Below, one piece after another: positions 25,054 to 39,000 of a stretch of 64,000 nucleotides of DNA. Numbering within the stretch: position 1 is the stretch's first letter; every line of letters begins with the position of its first letter. Source of the stretch: Lytechinus pictus. Taxonomy: Eukaryota. The stretch spans positions 8,496,001 to 8,560,000 of the forward strand of contig NC_087246.1 in NCBI RefSeq assembly GCF_037042905.1. The letters run 5' to 3'. Both the position numbers and the translations under genes were made by a program. The notes beneath the pieces were generated by a model, which was not told where the DNA came from, searched no databases, and saw only the letters and a program-made list of their open reading frames with translations.

Positions 25054-28000
25054 TGTGTGTACACAACTTATTAACACAGTTGATAATCTCATGGTGAAAA
25101 CATCCTTTTGCACCACAATGCCCATTTTGACATATAAGCAAATTTTGATTTATCAGGTACCTATTATTTTCGTGTATTCCATAAAGCTTTCAAAATATCC
25201 CTTTTCAGGTCTAATTGTCAAAACGAATTAGCTAGCGCTGCACGCTCGCATTTTGATTGACGAGTTATGTATATCTCAATATTGATTATACAACAAACTA
25301 CTTAAAATCCCCTTTTCATGACAGTTTATCAAAAAATTTGGCTCGCAATTTGCGCTCGTATTAGTGGTTGAAAATATATTAACTGATGTATCCTATTTAT
25401 GATTACAAAAGTGTTTGTAATGTCCAGTTTTCAGGCTATATTATCATCAGATTTTGCGCCCTCATTAGGCATTAATGAATAAGATATTAATTTAATAATT
25501 AAAATTGTCCCTTTTGTTTCATCTCGCGCTTAGCAAGAGGAATAGGAAGATAGTCATCATTTTCATATGATAACATGTCCTAAGGATGTCCCGGTCCTAT
25601 GTCAAAACTCAAAGTAAGAAAAATATCAGCTCTTTGTTAAGTGCGATTCATATCCACCTCACAATTTTCCTAAAAAGTGCTTGAAATATAGAGCTGAAAT
25701 TTCCTTTTTTTCCAGATCGGAATATCAAATAGTTTAAGCTCGCCCTTCGCGCTCGCTTTGATTTTCATGATAAAAGATGTATTTAGAATGCCTAGATTCT
25801 AGGTCTAAATATGAAACACGCGCGCGCATGTTTATTCAGATACTCAACTTGTTCTCTATTTAAATCATCTAGTTTCAGATCACAATATACACAATTTCTG
25901 CTCGCGCTTTGTGCTCGTAATTGGAAGATCCCCAATTACTCATTCTTTTCATTATTTACAAATCATGAATAGAGTGTCTCGTTCAGGAGGTCTAAATCTC
26001 GAAATTTTTCGCTCGCGCTTCGCGCTCGCATCAATTGTTTAGTTAGGCCTATATAGCTATCCTTTTCATGATTACAAAAAATGATTAAAATTTTCCATTC
26101 TTTATGTAGAAATGTCAAAAAAAATTCAGCTCGCGCTTCGCGCTCGCATTATTTGATTGTTGAAATACTTATGTAACCTCTTCATGGCTAAGTGCAAGCA
26201 GTCTTTAACTGGTATCTTTTCGATCAGTTCAAAACGTATATAAAAATGTTCTGCTCGCGCTTTGCGCTCGCATTATCAATGTAAGGAAGATCATAGTGTC
26301 TCGTTCACTGGGTCTAAATCTCTAAATTTTCCGCTCGCGCTTCGCGTTCGCATCAATTGTTTGGTTATATACCTATTCTGTTTAAGTTACAAAAAGTGCA
26401 TAGAATTTGCATTGTTTGGTTAAAAATGTCAAAAAAAATCAGCTCGCGCTTCGCGCTCGCATTTTTTGATTTTTAAAATATCTTCATGGCTAACTGCATG
26501 CAGTCTTAAATAGGTATCTTTTCCATCAGTTCATTTCTGCTCGCGCTTCATGTTCGTAGTAATTATTTAGTTGCATACACATCTTTTTATAAGGATAACA
26601 AACATTGCCCAGAATGTTCAAATTTTAGGAAAAAATACATAAGATTTCCAAAAATATTTTAGCTCGCGCTTCACGCTCGCATTATTAAAATAAGGATTAT
26701 GATATATTTATTTGATTTATAAGAATAAAGCTAAGAAGTGACTATTAGGACTACCCCTTCAAAGAAACCAAAAAATCATCCTCAAGCAGCCGATCGGGGA
26801 AAATATGGCTGAAAAAAAATCCGGGCCCCCCCCCCCTATTGGCGAAGGCTGGATCCGCCCCTGTATACGCACACACAAACGAAAGTACTTCTACATTGCC
26901 GAGCAGGTTGAACCTCGCGAGCATGTCATGCGGATGAAGTATGACAGCAATCTATAGACAATACGCGAGGTTCAAACTTGCACCCCCATCACAAGCTGCG
27001 GGCCTGCGCAGGCGCGGTGGCGATTGTTACGTGTATTAAACTATGATGCTGATTACTAGCTCTGCACCTTTTCCCGCTAATTTGCACCTTTCTTTCACCC
27101 CTTTTAGTGTAAATGCCGTACAGACATGAGACTGACCGTCTCATACATGACCCAGTACTATTTTTTAAATGTCAATTGGATCGCCAGAATTAAATAGGAG
27201 GAAGTGCCGGCGATGGGGTTATCAAATTTGATAATACTGTCAATTTATTTAAATCACTTTCGCCTACTGAGTCATGTTAACTGCTTGTGATAAAAGAGCA
27301 GTGTGAAGGTAGCTCTAGATTAGATCTGTATTCATGTGATGTTTTACGCAGATGATCTACAGCCCCCCCCCCCCCCCCTTGAGACCAGCGGCGTAACAGG
27401 GGTCGGTGGCAAGGGGGGAGGGCAAGAGCAAAAAAAAATTCCTGGTCATATCATATGAACAGGCGTAATGGTGTAATGAGGCGACGATTTTGAGGGGGCC
27501 AGATTGACATTTTTAATACGAAAATCCAATTTTGTGATAGATTTTGACATGATATCCAGAGAATACTATATTTCATTCTTTTCTCTTTCCATTCCTTTTT
27601 TTGTGGTGTGTACCCCACTGTGAAGGGGATTCTTTGCGGCAGTAGCGTGAAGAGTACAAACAAAACGAGGGGCACAGTATGGCGCATGTGCTAAAAAGCT
27701 GCTTAATATAAGTCCCGAGCGAGCGAAGCGAGCGAGAAAAAAAAAACATTTTCATGAGAATCTAACTTTGGGATATTCTTTGACATTATATTCAGTAAAT
27801 AAAATAAAATCCTTCACTTTCCCTTTGCTTTTCTTTCCTCCTTTTTTTTTTGCTCTTGGTTGTAGAACTTTTGGGGCCATGGGACAACCCTTCCATACTC
27901 ATATACGACAGTGCTACGCGGTTGGGGTCTTGATATCAAAGCCATTTAAACCTCACAGATTGCCGCTAATTTAATCAAATCGCGGGTAAATACAGAATAT

Positions 28001-30073
28001 AGCTTTTACACAACACATTTATTCAACCCAGTTGCGTAATGAACCAAATATTTTTAGGGGGCAAAACAAAGCAATGTGGGAAAAATTGTAACAAGTCGCC
28101 AGCAGGCAGAGCGAGCTGCAAAAAAGTGCCTATCGAAATTAAATTTTAATTATGACTTTGTGATAGATTTTTCCATTATATTCATTGTTTCCATTAATTT
28201 CATTATACGTTGTCTCCTATAATTATTTCCTCTTAGGTGTGGAACCAAGACCCCCTGCGCCTATATGCCACTGATTGAACGTAAAGCTTAATGTAGGAAG
28301 GGTCCCTACAGGGGGGGGGGGCGTTATAGAACCATTTGAATGTTATAGATGAAGAGCCCCTACTGCGTGGCAAAGCCCCGGTAGCTTATTTGCATAAAAT
28401 TTAGCAAGCTTATAGCACAATGTTGTATACTTTTCATCTTTCTTCCCGCTCTTTACTTTCAATCCTCGGCTGCCCGGTCGTGTTATTAAGTGTTTTTTTT
28501 TTCTTGTCCAATTTCTTTTGTTTTCCAATTTAGCTTTTGACTAAATCCATTCTACCTTCGTTTACCGCTATTGTTTGCCACTTTGTTATCTTTTGATGTA
28601 TTTCCCATCATGCTATTGCATTATATAGGCCTATTTCGGAATGATTTGTTCTTTCTCAAATGTTCTTCTTTCGTTCCTTTTTCATAAAAAAAACTTTTTT
28701 TTTCTTCGTTTTCTTTTCATCTTTCCCTCCTTTTCCCCTTTCTTTCCCCTTTCCCTTTCTTTCTCCCTCCCTTTTCTCTTTTCCCGTTTTTTTATTTTCC
28801 CGGTGAAATCCGCCAGGGGGGGGGGGGGCAGCTTGCCCCCCGCCTGTTACGCCACTGTACTGCTTGAGACATACCGCCTTCTCCCATCACCTCCACCTCG
28901 ACCCCTTTAGTCCAAAATAATAAAGAAAAATAACAAGTTCCCCTGAACAAAATTTTACGAAGACAACGTTACAATTATTCACCTCTTATAATCATGTTGT
29001 GCCATGTCCTCTAGTCAGATTATTCCCATGATAAACATGAAAAATGCCAGCCGTTCCCAAGGTGGTAGGTAGCTAAATCAATATCGGCCCCTTTAGAGGC
29101 CATTCTTTCCGTGGATGTTGAAAGGACATTACATTTGGGAAATGAACCAATCATTTAGATCGATGAATTACATTTCACCATGAAAAGTCATGTATACTTC
29201 AGTGAACATTGTTTTTTCTTGTTATTGAGGTCGGAAAGAAATGTGTTTTAACTAAAGATATAACTTTAAATGTTTTGAAACTATAGGAAGGCCAAGTTGG
29301 ATTCCCTCATGAAAATCATGCATAGAGAAAAGAAGAGGCTTAATTTATGGGGTTCACGCGCTAGATAAGTAAGGACATGGTCTTTATTCATTTTAGGTTC
29401 CATATTCATAAGGGTCGCTATTCATGATTGTAGAAGATGGTCGTTTCTCAAAGTTGGATAAAAGAGTCACTATTTAAAATGTTAAAAATAAAGACTAGCA
29501 AGTAGCAGCCCTCATTCCACGTTATGAGCTGGAAATTGTTATTGATATCAAGCACTTTTTGTTTTTATGAACACGCAGGATATGTGTTTCCCTGAAAACA
29601 AATAATGAAAACTCGGAACTTGAGAAAAATAATTTGTGCATGTTAACTTTAACACTGGATTTTTAAGCCCCGTTATCCGATTGGAATAGATCATTAATTT
29701 ATCTCAATCAACGGCCGCTGCGAGCGTGACGCGCAAGCGACATTTTGAATTGTATATGACCTGAAAGATTTGTGTTGGTGACTAATATTGTTGGGAGCTA
29801 ACAGTGACTGGATGGGAAATTTTTAAAATTTGAAGCGTGAAAAATGCTGTTTTGGAGCTCATTACAGCTCGAATAGAATGTTTATGACAACATTTACTAT
29901 ACATTTTTTTAGTTTATAAATATTCTGCACATTCGCCCCCCCCTGGTACCGCCACTGTCTCACACCTCTTCGAGGACTATGAACAGTTAAACCCTTCTCC
30001 CAATTTACTAGCGACCCTTATGCTTGCTTTCAAATTAGGATATCATGATTAGTGATCCTTCATACTATTGTCG

Positions 30074-30131
30074 ATAATAATAATGATGTTGGTGATGATG
30101 ATGATGATGATAATAATAATAACAATACCGG

Positions 30132-30167
<36 letters not shown>

Positions 30168-30192
30168 TTCTACTTCTATTAATGATAATAAC
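30074..30192. repeat. Compound trinucleotide microsatellite (GAT/AAT/ACT)
   Basis: Directly visible. Confidence 0.9.
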
Positions 30193-31291
30193 AAGCTGCA
30201 AATAGACTTTGCTATAGTTACCTTCGTCTTGTCAATGGTTACCTTAAATTCATTCAAAATAGTATTAGATTCAATCACCTTTCTTATATTTGAAGTGAAT
30301 TCGCCCCATCTCATCAGCTAAAATTCAATTTTAATACTCAATTTAAACACGCTATTCACTATGCCAAACTCTACCATTTATACCGTTCCCATGACAATCA
30401 TCCGCCTATACGTCGCATATATGAACGGTCTATGCGCTTGCAGGCCAATATGAAACCTTGAACCGTCAAAATGTGAAAAGGGCTAAGAAACTTGTCTGTT
30501 TACGTGATATTTAGTGATGAAGTTATGGTAAAATATTAATTGATTCTCCGTTTGTTTTCTGCGACTATGTATAATCATAATAGAGTGTTGGAGGGCCAAG
30601 AAGGGCGATCATTTCATGAAATAAGTGATTTTGGAAGCTAGTAAATAAAAATATCATTGTAGGGGAACTAGTTTCATTAGGGTAACGATAAAAGAAAATT
30701 TCTAGTCCGCCGTAACTATGACTCTGCATGGATTTGCTACCTAACGTGTCGCTATATTAATGCATTCCTATTTTGATTGATAACGGATTGTGGAGAGGAG
30801 CCTCGTTATTTGAACATCTTTGTAACCTTCAAATGGAAACCTATCAATCATCAAGAGTATGTATCCTCTCCATCCCGGCTGCAGATTTATAGATTATTAC
30901 TTACTGAGATCAAATAAAAGACTCTTGCGTGATGAATATGAAATATGCTCAGGAAATTAGGTTGATTCGATCAACAGTTTTTATGATTTAGAAAATGTCT
31001 CGAATCGCATGCAGGTTGTGACATTTTGACCAAATTAGATTAGAATCTAGTAGACGCAAGGTTCTGGTTTGATTTTTTTGATTAACTCCGAAAAAATGTA
31101 GGCTTCATATAATTTTCAATAATGTTATTCTCGAAAAGATGGAAAGCGAAAATTGCCCGGTTCTCACAGGCTGTGCTTCATGTACACTCTTTACATGGCT
31201 CAGGTTTGGCTGCTTTTTGGGATATGAATTTTGCGAATGTTGCATTTATTAAGAGGGGATGGAGATGCTTTGGACTGAGTAAAGATACCCT

Positions 31292-32627
31292 CCCAGAAGG
31301 AAAAACCAGTTCCACTGGACCAGTTAGACCAGTAGAATTTTAACTGGTAACTCTGGAAATTGGAACATCGGTTTACTGGTCTAACTGGTCATACTGGTCC
31401 AGTTAAAATTTTACTGGTCCAGTTAAAAATTAAACTGGTCTTGAATTACTGGAATTTTATACTGGTCTTGTTTCTGGTGGTTGTTACTGGTCTCACTGGT
31501 CTTCATACTGGTCTCCGATCAAGCTGGTCTTTACTGGTATTTTCTACTGGTCTGACTGGTCTTCGAACTGGTCCTCGAACTGGTCTAACTGGTCCTCGTA
31601 CTGGTCTTACTGGATCAATTTATTACATGCATTTGGTTTGTTATATACCATGGTCAGTGAAATGTGATGGAAAAGATGGTTAGTAAATTAATCTTTCTGC
31701 TGTTATTTTAAATGTGATATATGAAATTACACACTTTCATTGTAAATTAGTTCACACACTTATTTGGAAAGTTTTTAAACCACAATGAGTGCCATTGCAG
31801 GGATATTCCATTCTAAATCCTGATTTTTCTGTTTAAAATAGGAAATATGCTAATGAGGTAAACCACGTGATCAGCATCATCAGAATTACTGGTATTACTG
31901 GTCTTGACCAGTTCAATTTCAAACAATGAATTACTTTAGACCAGTTGACTATATCAGAGGAATATATCTTGCTTTGATCTTAATCATAATTAAAGGAATT
32001 AATTATTTTAATGATAATGTTAATACTTGATAATTTTGATAATTAATAATAATAATTACAATATCGATAACAATGATAACAGTAATAAGAATGATAACAA
32101 TAATCATAATAATAATAATTATGATAATTATAAGAACGAATGATAACGATGATAACGAATCATAATAACTTTCTCTGAATTGCAAGATTCATTTTCCATA
32201 ATTCGTCAAATGATCTGACTTGAAATAAAGTCATTATTTATTGGACCAGTAACACCAGTTTGATGAAAAACAATTTAACTGGTATTACTTCTTTGCTTCA
32301 ACGGGAATGCAATTGTTTGAACTGGTCTCCAGTTGATTTTTACTGGTCCAGATAAACTTCAACTGGTCCAGTAAACATATACTGGAAACCAGTAAAAATC
32401 TACTGGAAACCATTAATTGGACCAGAAACACCAGTTTGATGAAAAACAATTTAACTGGTATTACTAATTGCTTCAACTGGAATGCAATTGTTGGAACTGG
32501 TCTCCAGTTGATTTTTACTGGTCCAGTTAAAAATCAACTGGCCCAGTAAAAATATACTGGAAACCAATACAATTCTACTGGAAACCAGTAAAAAGAATTA
32601 CTGGTCTTACTGGTTTTTCCTTCTGGG
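31292..32627. mobile_element. Non-autonomous CACTA/EnSpm-like element with ACTGG(T) subterminal arrays
   Basis: Perfect 19-bp TIR CCCAGAAGGAAAAACCAGT, 2-bp TSD CT, and dozens of ACTGG/CCAGT units at both ends. Confidence 0.85.
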
Positions 32628-34193
32628 CTTCTAATTTTGATAAATTTGCCATACTCCTGGTATGCTTTGTGAAAAACCATCCTTTTATCGTTCAACCGAG
32701 TATCTTTGGGTGTGTGTGTGCAAATTGGATGGTTCTACACATCCTCTCTTCCCCCTGTATTAGACCCAGTTCCTTCTTCTTCATTCCTTTTTTTTTCTTT
32801 CTCAAGTTCACTTTATTAGAAGATAGGTCTTCACCTTGATTATCTGTTGATATTTACTTGGATTTCTTGAACACAAATAGACCTTAAGAATTGTATTAAA
32901 CCTCTTGAAATCGCGTTTTAGGAGAAACTCTGTTTAATATGTGTTACCTCCCTCCTAATATCATGTTGTACCCCGTATCATTACCGTTCGTTATATACAG
33001 TGTAACGAGGCAATAATCCCGAGGGGACTGAAATTTAAAAACTGTGTGCAATTTCCGAAAATTTCAGTGGAGACAAGTAAAGCTAATAATTTTATTTTTC
33101 AATTTACATAATTTTGATATGGATTTGGTATTTAAGAAGTCAAATAGCTAGGGAAGTTATTCAACGCAATTCAATTAGAATTACATTATTGAAATTATGT
33201 TGAAATAATTATTAATTTCGTGTCATAATTATGTATTACGAAATTATTTCTAGAACGATGGGTACCCTGCCCTCATATTTCCCCTCTACATGTACAGTAT
33301 AATTATGTAATTATGACGTATTTCAGTGTGAGATGTTGGTACGCGCACTGTCAGTTGAGAACTTTGAGGGAACTATCAACTTTCAGCGTGCAAAGCCAAG
33401 ATAATTATGTCCGATATGGATTATTCTTTTCTTTCGAAACAAATTAGATCAATTAATCAATATAATTTTTATGTAGACGAGGGTTATTCCATCTTTTTCC
33501 ACCCCCGTCTGAATTCCTCACTATCTTGTTTTCTCCCCTTTTCCCTCTCATCTTTTATGTTCTCCATCCTATGGTAATTGCTTCTGACCACTCGATGCTT
33601 TAACAATACTACTGAGTAGTGTTACATTATGGTGGTTTAATTTCGAAAAAAGGACTACGTCTATTTTAATTAATATTACGTATTAACTTGATGAAAGGGT
33701 ATTATGGGGCGTCACGTAAAATTTTCCAGCGTGTATCGACGGCGTAATAAAGAGAAATCCTTTTTTGTAAAGAGAAACAGGTTCACAAGCCGCCAAAGCA
33801 CATTTTCAGCAACAATTCAATGCACTTTTAAAACTTCGTCCATTTCCTGATGCTAATGCATTTAATGACCAAATAATAAGGGTTCTTGCTTTTGAGTAGC
33901 TGCTCTTGGGGGAAGATCTCAGCATGGAGATATAGCTCCATGATCTCAGGAAGGGTACGTACTCAGCATTGACAAACCCATTTACATATGCTACCCTATC
34001 GACAACCAAAATTCACAAATATTGACCATGTTAACCCTTATCACACGCTCGAAATATATTCTCTCTCTCTCTCTCTCTCTCTCCGTGTGTATGTGTGTGG
34101 TGCGCGCGCGTGTGTGTTGGGTGTGAGAAAGTGTGCGTGAGTTTGTAATGAACTTTTTCTGGGGAAATTTTCATGCATTTTATCCATCACCGG

Positions 34194-34324
34194 GGGCCCG
34201 TAACACAAAGCTTAGCAATGATCGTAGAACATTTTTTTCTACGATTGATTCCATTGGCTACAATGTACAATCAATCGTAAAAATCAAGCGTTCGATTAAT
34301 TGCTAACCTTTGTGTTACGGGACC
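34194..34324. mobile_element. Harbinger-like MITE
   Basis: TIR GGGCCCGTAACACAAAG / CTTTGTGTTACGGGACC, 3-bp TSD CGG. Confidence 0.75.
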
Positions 34325-34922
34325 CGGGACATCCCAATCATACAGATGAAGAGGGGGGGGGCGAGCTTGGGGGCAATGGCCTCTCGGATTTCCATGACCT
34401 TGGAAAAATGGAGAGAAAATAAAGAATAGGAAAGGAAAAGGAGTGAATAAGATATTATTATGGTATGGTTCTAAAATATTTTTGTCCAAATATATAACAA
34501 AATTAGATTTTTGTATCAAAAGAGTCAAAAGTTTGCCCCATATGCCATGTTTGGCCCCCTTAAAAATCCGGGCTCATTGTGCTATTGTCACCGGCCTGGA
34601 TTAGATGACGCCATACTGTTTCGGTATGGTTGTAATCCGGATTTTCAGATTACAAATTCGATTTCTTTAACAATTTGCTGATGAAACTAACAATGAAAAT
34701 ATAAAAGGAAAGAGGGCGCTCTGAGGTGTTACGACACCATTTTAGTACCCTCCTGGAAACCTAACTAAAATCGGAATAAATCTTCGCTAAGAGGTAAATA
34801 TTTTTGTCTATACTGGAGCTTTGTTAAAGAACTAGATTTGAGCATTTACATTGTGACATTTGGTGTATCATTTGATTAATTCTGAACCTGATATTTGGAA
34901 TTAACTTTTGAACGCTTACATT

Positions 34923-36041
34923 ATGTATGCTAGCAAGATAGAGCCACGCCCAGAATCATTCCTACCGAAGGGACCTAAACCCGTTTTCCTTCGTGCAGAC
35001 GATGTGAGGAATACAGAGGATAGGGCTCTCTCGTCGGAGGAACTATACATTTATCTGTCAAAAGTTGTTTCTACCGAAAACATTACAGGAATTCAACAGA
35101 TACGCCGACTATGGAGAGTTTATCTCAACTCACACGACGATCGGGTGAAGCTCATTGCGGATGGTCTACCCATTCGAGGGGCGATAACCCCCATCTATGA
35201 TGTAAATCCATTCACGAGACTGAGAGATGAAAACCTTACAAGAATCATCATCAAGGACATCCCCCTATCAGTCGGCGATGACCTCATCAAAGCTGAGCTC
35301 CAGGCTATGAAATGCGACATACAAGGGGACATTCTGCGCCAAAAACTACGAGTTAATGGGCAGTTAACATCATGCCTGAATGGTGACAGAGTCCTGCACA
35401 CCAGCCATCCAACAAAGCCCCTCCCCAGAAAGATGACCTTCGGGGGTATCTTCATGGGGCGAGTCTACCACAATGGGCAACCTGAGCAACCAAGAGAGAA
35501 TGCGACATGTTCCAGGTGTCTCCAGGTGGGTCATCACTCGTCCAGGTGCATCGGAGAGCTGATATGCAGATACTGCAAGAAACCAGGGCACGTACAAAGT
35601 CAATGCCAGCAAAACGAGAAAGTGTCACGAAACGCCCGGGATACCGCAACAGTCATCCTAGATGTTGTCGATCAACCGAGATCAGTCGACATGGAGAAAG
35701 CGAAACATGTTGAAAAGAAACGCCAAGCAACACTCGCGGACTTCCTGCGTCAACAACCTTCGCTCCCCATGAATGATCATCGTGAGAAAGCGTCCGTCGA
35801 TACCGTTGCTACGTATGCATCCGACTCCGCAATTCAATATGTTGGCTCGCAAGCGGCAAGAAAGATACCGAAGAATAAGAAAAGTGAAAACAATCAAAGG
35901 TGCAATGATGGAAATAGCGCTGATGATGAAAGTGAAAGTGATCAATCCATCGTATCACCTGAAAGCCCACCAGTAGGGTCAACTGGCAACAAATCCACAG
36001 TAAAGCGGAAGCAAAAAGCAAAGAAACCAAAACACAAGTAA
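34923..36041 (+). CDS. Tx1-type ORF1 (gag-like, two CCHC zinc knuckles)
   Basis: Uninterrupted frame from the ATG at 34923. CSRCLQVGHHSSRC and CRYCKKPGHVQSQC, with a basic low-complexity tail. Confidence 0.9.
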   Translation: MYASKIEPRPESFLPKGPKPVFLRADDVRNTEDRALSSEELYIYLSKVVSTENITGIQQIRRLWRVYLNSHDDRVKLIADGLPIRGAITPIYDVNPFTRLRDENLTRIIIKDIPLSVGDDLIKAELQAMKCDIQGDILRQKLRVNGQLTSCLNGDRVLHTSHPTKPLPRKMTFGGIFMGRVYHNGQPEQPRENATCSRCLQVGHHSSRCIGELICRYCKKPGHVQSQCQQNEKVSRNARDTATVILDVVDQPRSVDMEKAKHVEKKRQATLADFLRQQPSLPMNDHREKASVDTVATYASDSAIQYVGSQAARKIPKNKKSENNQRCNDGNSADDESESDQSIVSPESPPVGSTGNKSTVKRKQKAKKPKHK

Positions 36042-36069
36042 AGCTTGTTAATGATCAGATTGAAAATCA

Positions 36070-39000
36070 ATGGAGTAACAAATTTGCACAGTGGATTCAC
36101 CTATGCACTTTGTCTCATTGAATGTTCGAGGAATAAGAAATAAACAAAAAAGAAATAAAATATGGTTATGGTTTAGACAACAAAAAAGTGATGTAATATT
36201 TCTTCAGGAAACTTTTTTGTCAAAGGATCTTGAAAAGACTATATATGCAGAATGGAATGGACCGTGTTATTTTAACCATGGCATCCATCATTCATGCGGA
36301 GTTGCTATACTTGTCCGAAAAAATGTAAACATAAATATTGTAAATGTTCACCACAAACACGATGGAAGAATTATTGCAGTACGTTTTATTATTGATGAAA
36401 ATAAATACTTATGCCTCAATGTATATGCACCAACAAAAAAGAACGAAAAGAACAGATTTTATAAAATGCTTCATGTTTGGTTAAAAGATGTAAAAGATGA
36501 AGATGATATAATTATTGCAGGTGGTGACTGGAATATAGTTCAGAATAAAAAGGTAGATACCTGTGGAATGTCATATACGCATTCAAAAAATTAAGTCTTT
36601 AATTTTTTTCAGCAAAACAATAATTTGAGTGATATTTGGAGACAATTTCATCCGTCAAAAAAACAGTTCACCTGGAGACAGATGTCTTTAGGTATCTTTT
36701 CACGTCTAGATTATTGGTTGATAGCAAAACATTTATAATAACTTGTAAGGTACACTCCACAGATATCAGGCCAGCATTGAAATGCGATCATAACGCTATT
36801 TCCCTTAAACTGAAAATGTGTAAACAAAATAGGGGTAAAGGGTATTGGAAAATAAATAACTCTCTTCTAAATGATGAGAAGTACATTGCTGAGATAAAAT
36901 GTGTTATACAGAAAGTAAAAGCAGAATATTCATATTTAAATGATCAACTGAGATGGGAAATGTGTAAGATAAAAATTAAAGAATTAAGTATTAAATATTC
37001 TAAAGATAAACAAATTAGAAATAAAATGTACTATTCCAAATTGGAAAAGGAATATACAGAAATTTGTGAGAAAATTGATGTCAGTGCAAATGTACGAGAT
37101 ATTGAAGAGATGGAAAAAATAAAATATGAGTTAGATGCCTGGTATAAATATAAATGTAAAGGTGCGTTTGTGAGATCTAGGGATAAATGGCTAGAGCATG
37201 GTGAAAAGTGCACGAAATATTTTTTACAGTTGGAAAAAAGAAGAAGTGTTAAAAAAGAAGTAAATTGTGTAGAAATTAAAGGTAAAATAGTACATGACAG
37301 TAAAAAAGTTTTAGAACATATATTAGATTATTATGAAAATCTGTATAAAGGGATTGTAATCAAGATCAAGAGTTCGATGAATATTTTACAGGATTAAAAT
37401 TAAACACTTTATCAGAAGAGCAAGCAAATTTATGTGAAGGTTTATTAACGGAAAGGGAGTGTTTTTATATACTCATGTCAATGAACACGAACAAAGCCCC
37501 GGGTAGCGATGGCCTGAGTGCAGAGTTTTACAGGTGCTTTTGGAATGATTTAAAAGATATGTTAATTAGTAGTTTAAATACTGGTTATGAGGAGAAAAAA
37601 ATGTCATCCTCCCAAAGTCAAGCTGTTCTCACATTGTTATATAAAAAGGGTAATAAAGCTTTATTAGAAAATTGGAGACCAATATCACTCCTTAACATTG
37701 ATTATAAAATAGCTGCAGGTGCATTGGCAAAAAGAATGAAACAAATTATTCCGCATATTATTTCGGATGATCAATCGGGATTTAGGAAACATAGGTCGGC
37801 ATTAGAGAATGTGCGACTTGTACAAGACGTTATTGACTATTGTAAAATGAATAATCAATCAGGTGTTATCATGTACATAGATTTTCAAAAAGCGTTTGAT
37901 AACGTTAGACACGATTTTCTGTTCACTACTTTACGTAAGATGCAATTTAAAGAGTCATTTATTCATTGGATACAAACGTTTTACACAAATGCAAATGGTA
38001 ATGTCTTGAACAATGGTTGGTTGTCACAAAAATTTTATTTTAATCGAGGTGTAAGGCAGGGATGCCCGTTGTCGGCTCTATTGTTCTTGGTAATTTCTGA
38101 AATATTAGCTCAAAAAATTAAACAAAATCCATTGATTACAGGTATAGCTGTACCAATTAAAGAAATATCTCTAGCCCAGTACGCCGATGATACTATAGTA
38201 TTCGCCAATGGAACAAATTCTGTACAAAATATAATGACTGAGATTAATAGATTTGGAAATATAGCAGGGCCGAAAGTCAATTGGTCTAAATCTAAAATAA
38301 TGAAGTTAGATGAAAATATAGAGTTAAATGACCTAGAATGCACGGTCGATCCAGTAAAATGTCTTGGAATATATGTTGGTAAAAACCATGTTGATGTAGA
38401 AAAAAAGAAATTGGGAAGGGAGACTTGGAAAAGTCGAAAATATACTTAATTTATGGAAAATGAGAAATTTGACTTACTTTGGAAAAATATCTGTCATTAA
38501 GATTTTAATAGCATCACAATTTGTTTATGTTGCTTCGGCAGTTCCTGTGCCCGATTATATTTCAAAGGCATTGAATAAAAAATTATATACATTTTTATGG
38601 AATTCCAAAAAAAATAAAGTTAAGAGAAATGTATGTTTAAACAAAGAAATTGATGGTGGGTTACACATGGTTGATATGAAAGCCAAATTTTCATCTCTTC
38701 GATTAGCATGGATTTATAAATATATGGATGAAATAAAGGGAGCATGGAAAACTCTTTTTACCTATTGGACAAATAAGATTGGTGGTTTTCCATTATGTTT
38801 ACATTATAATTGTAATAGTGTAGACATTGTTAATTTAGGGAAAAGGTATAATCTACCCTCCTTTTATATCGATTTTCTATATGTTTGGGCAAATTTGAGA
38901 TACCATAATTTTTTTAAAATTACTGATATTCCAAAACAAATTTTATGGAATAACAGTAATATAAAAAATACAAAATGAAACACTAAATTTCAATAAATGG

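Larger units (their letters stand above)
23666..26863. repeat. Composite repeat with many GCTCGCGCTTCGCGCTCGCA units between CAGGGG...CCCCTG ends
   Basis: The motif recurs at roughly 60-180-bp spacing. The ends look hAT-like but no clean TSD was found. Confidence 0.65.

Noticed and set aside
23666..26863. CRISPR-like repeat-spacer appearance
   Set aside because: Spacing is irregular, spacers are related to each other, the context is eukaryotic and there are no cas genes.
31360..31683. ORF with TGL/TGP repeats
   Set aside because: Product of the ACTGGT subterminal repeats of a MITE.
33790..34030. Possible LINE endonuclease relic
   Set aside because: Too degraded to support with clear motifs.
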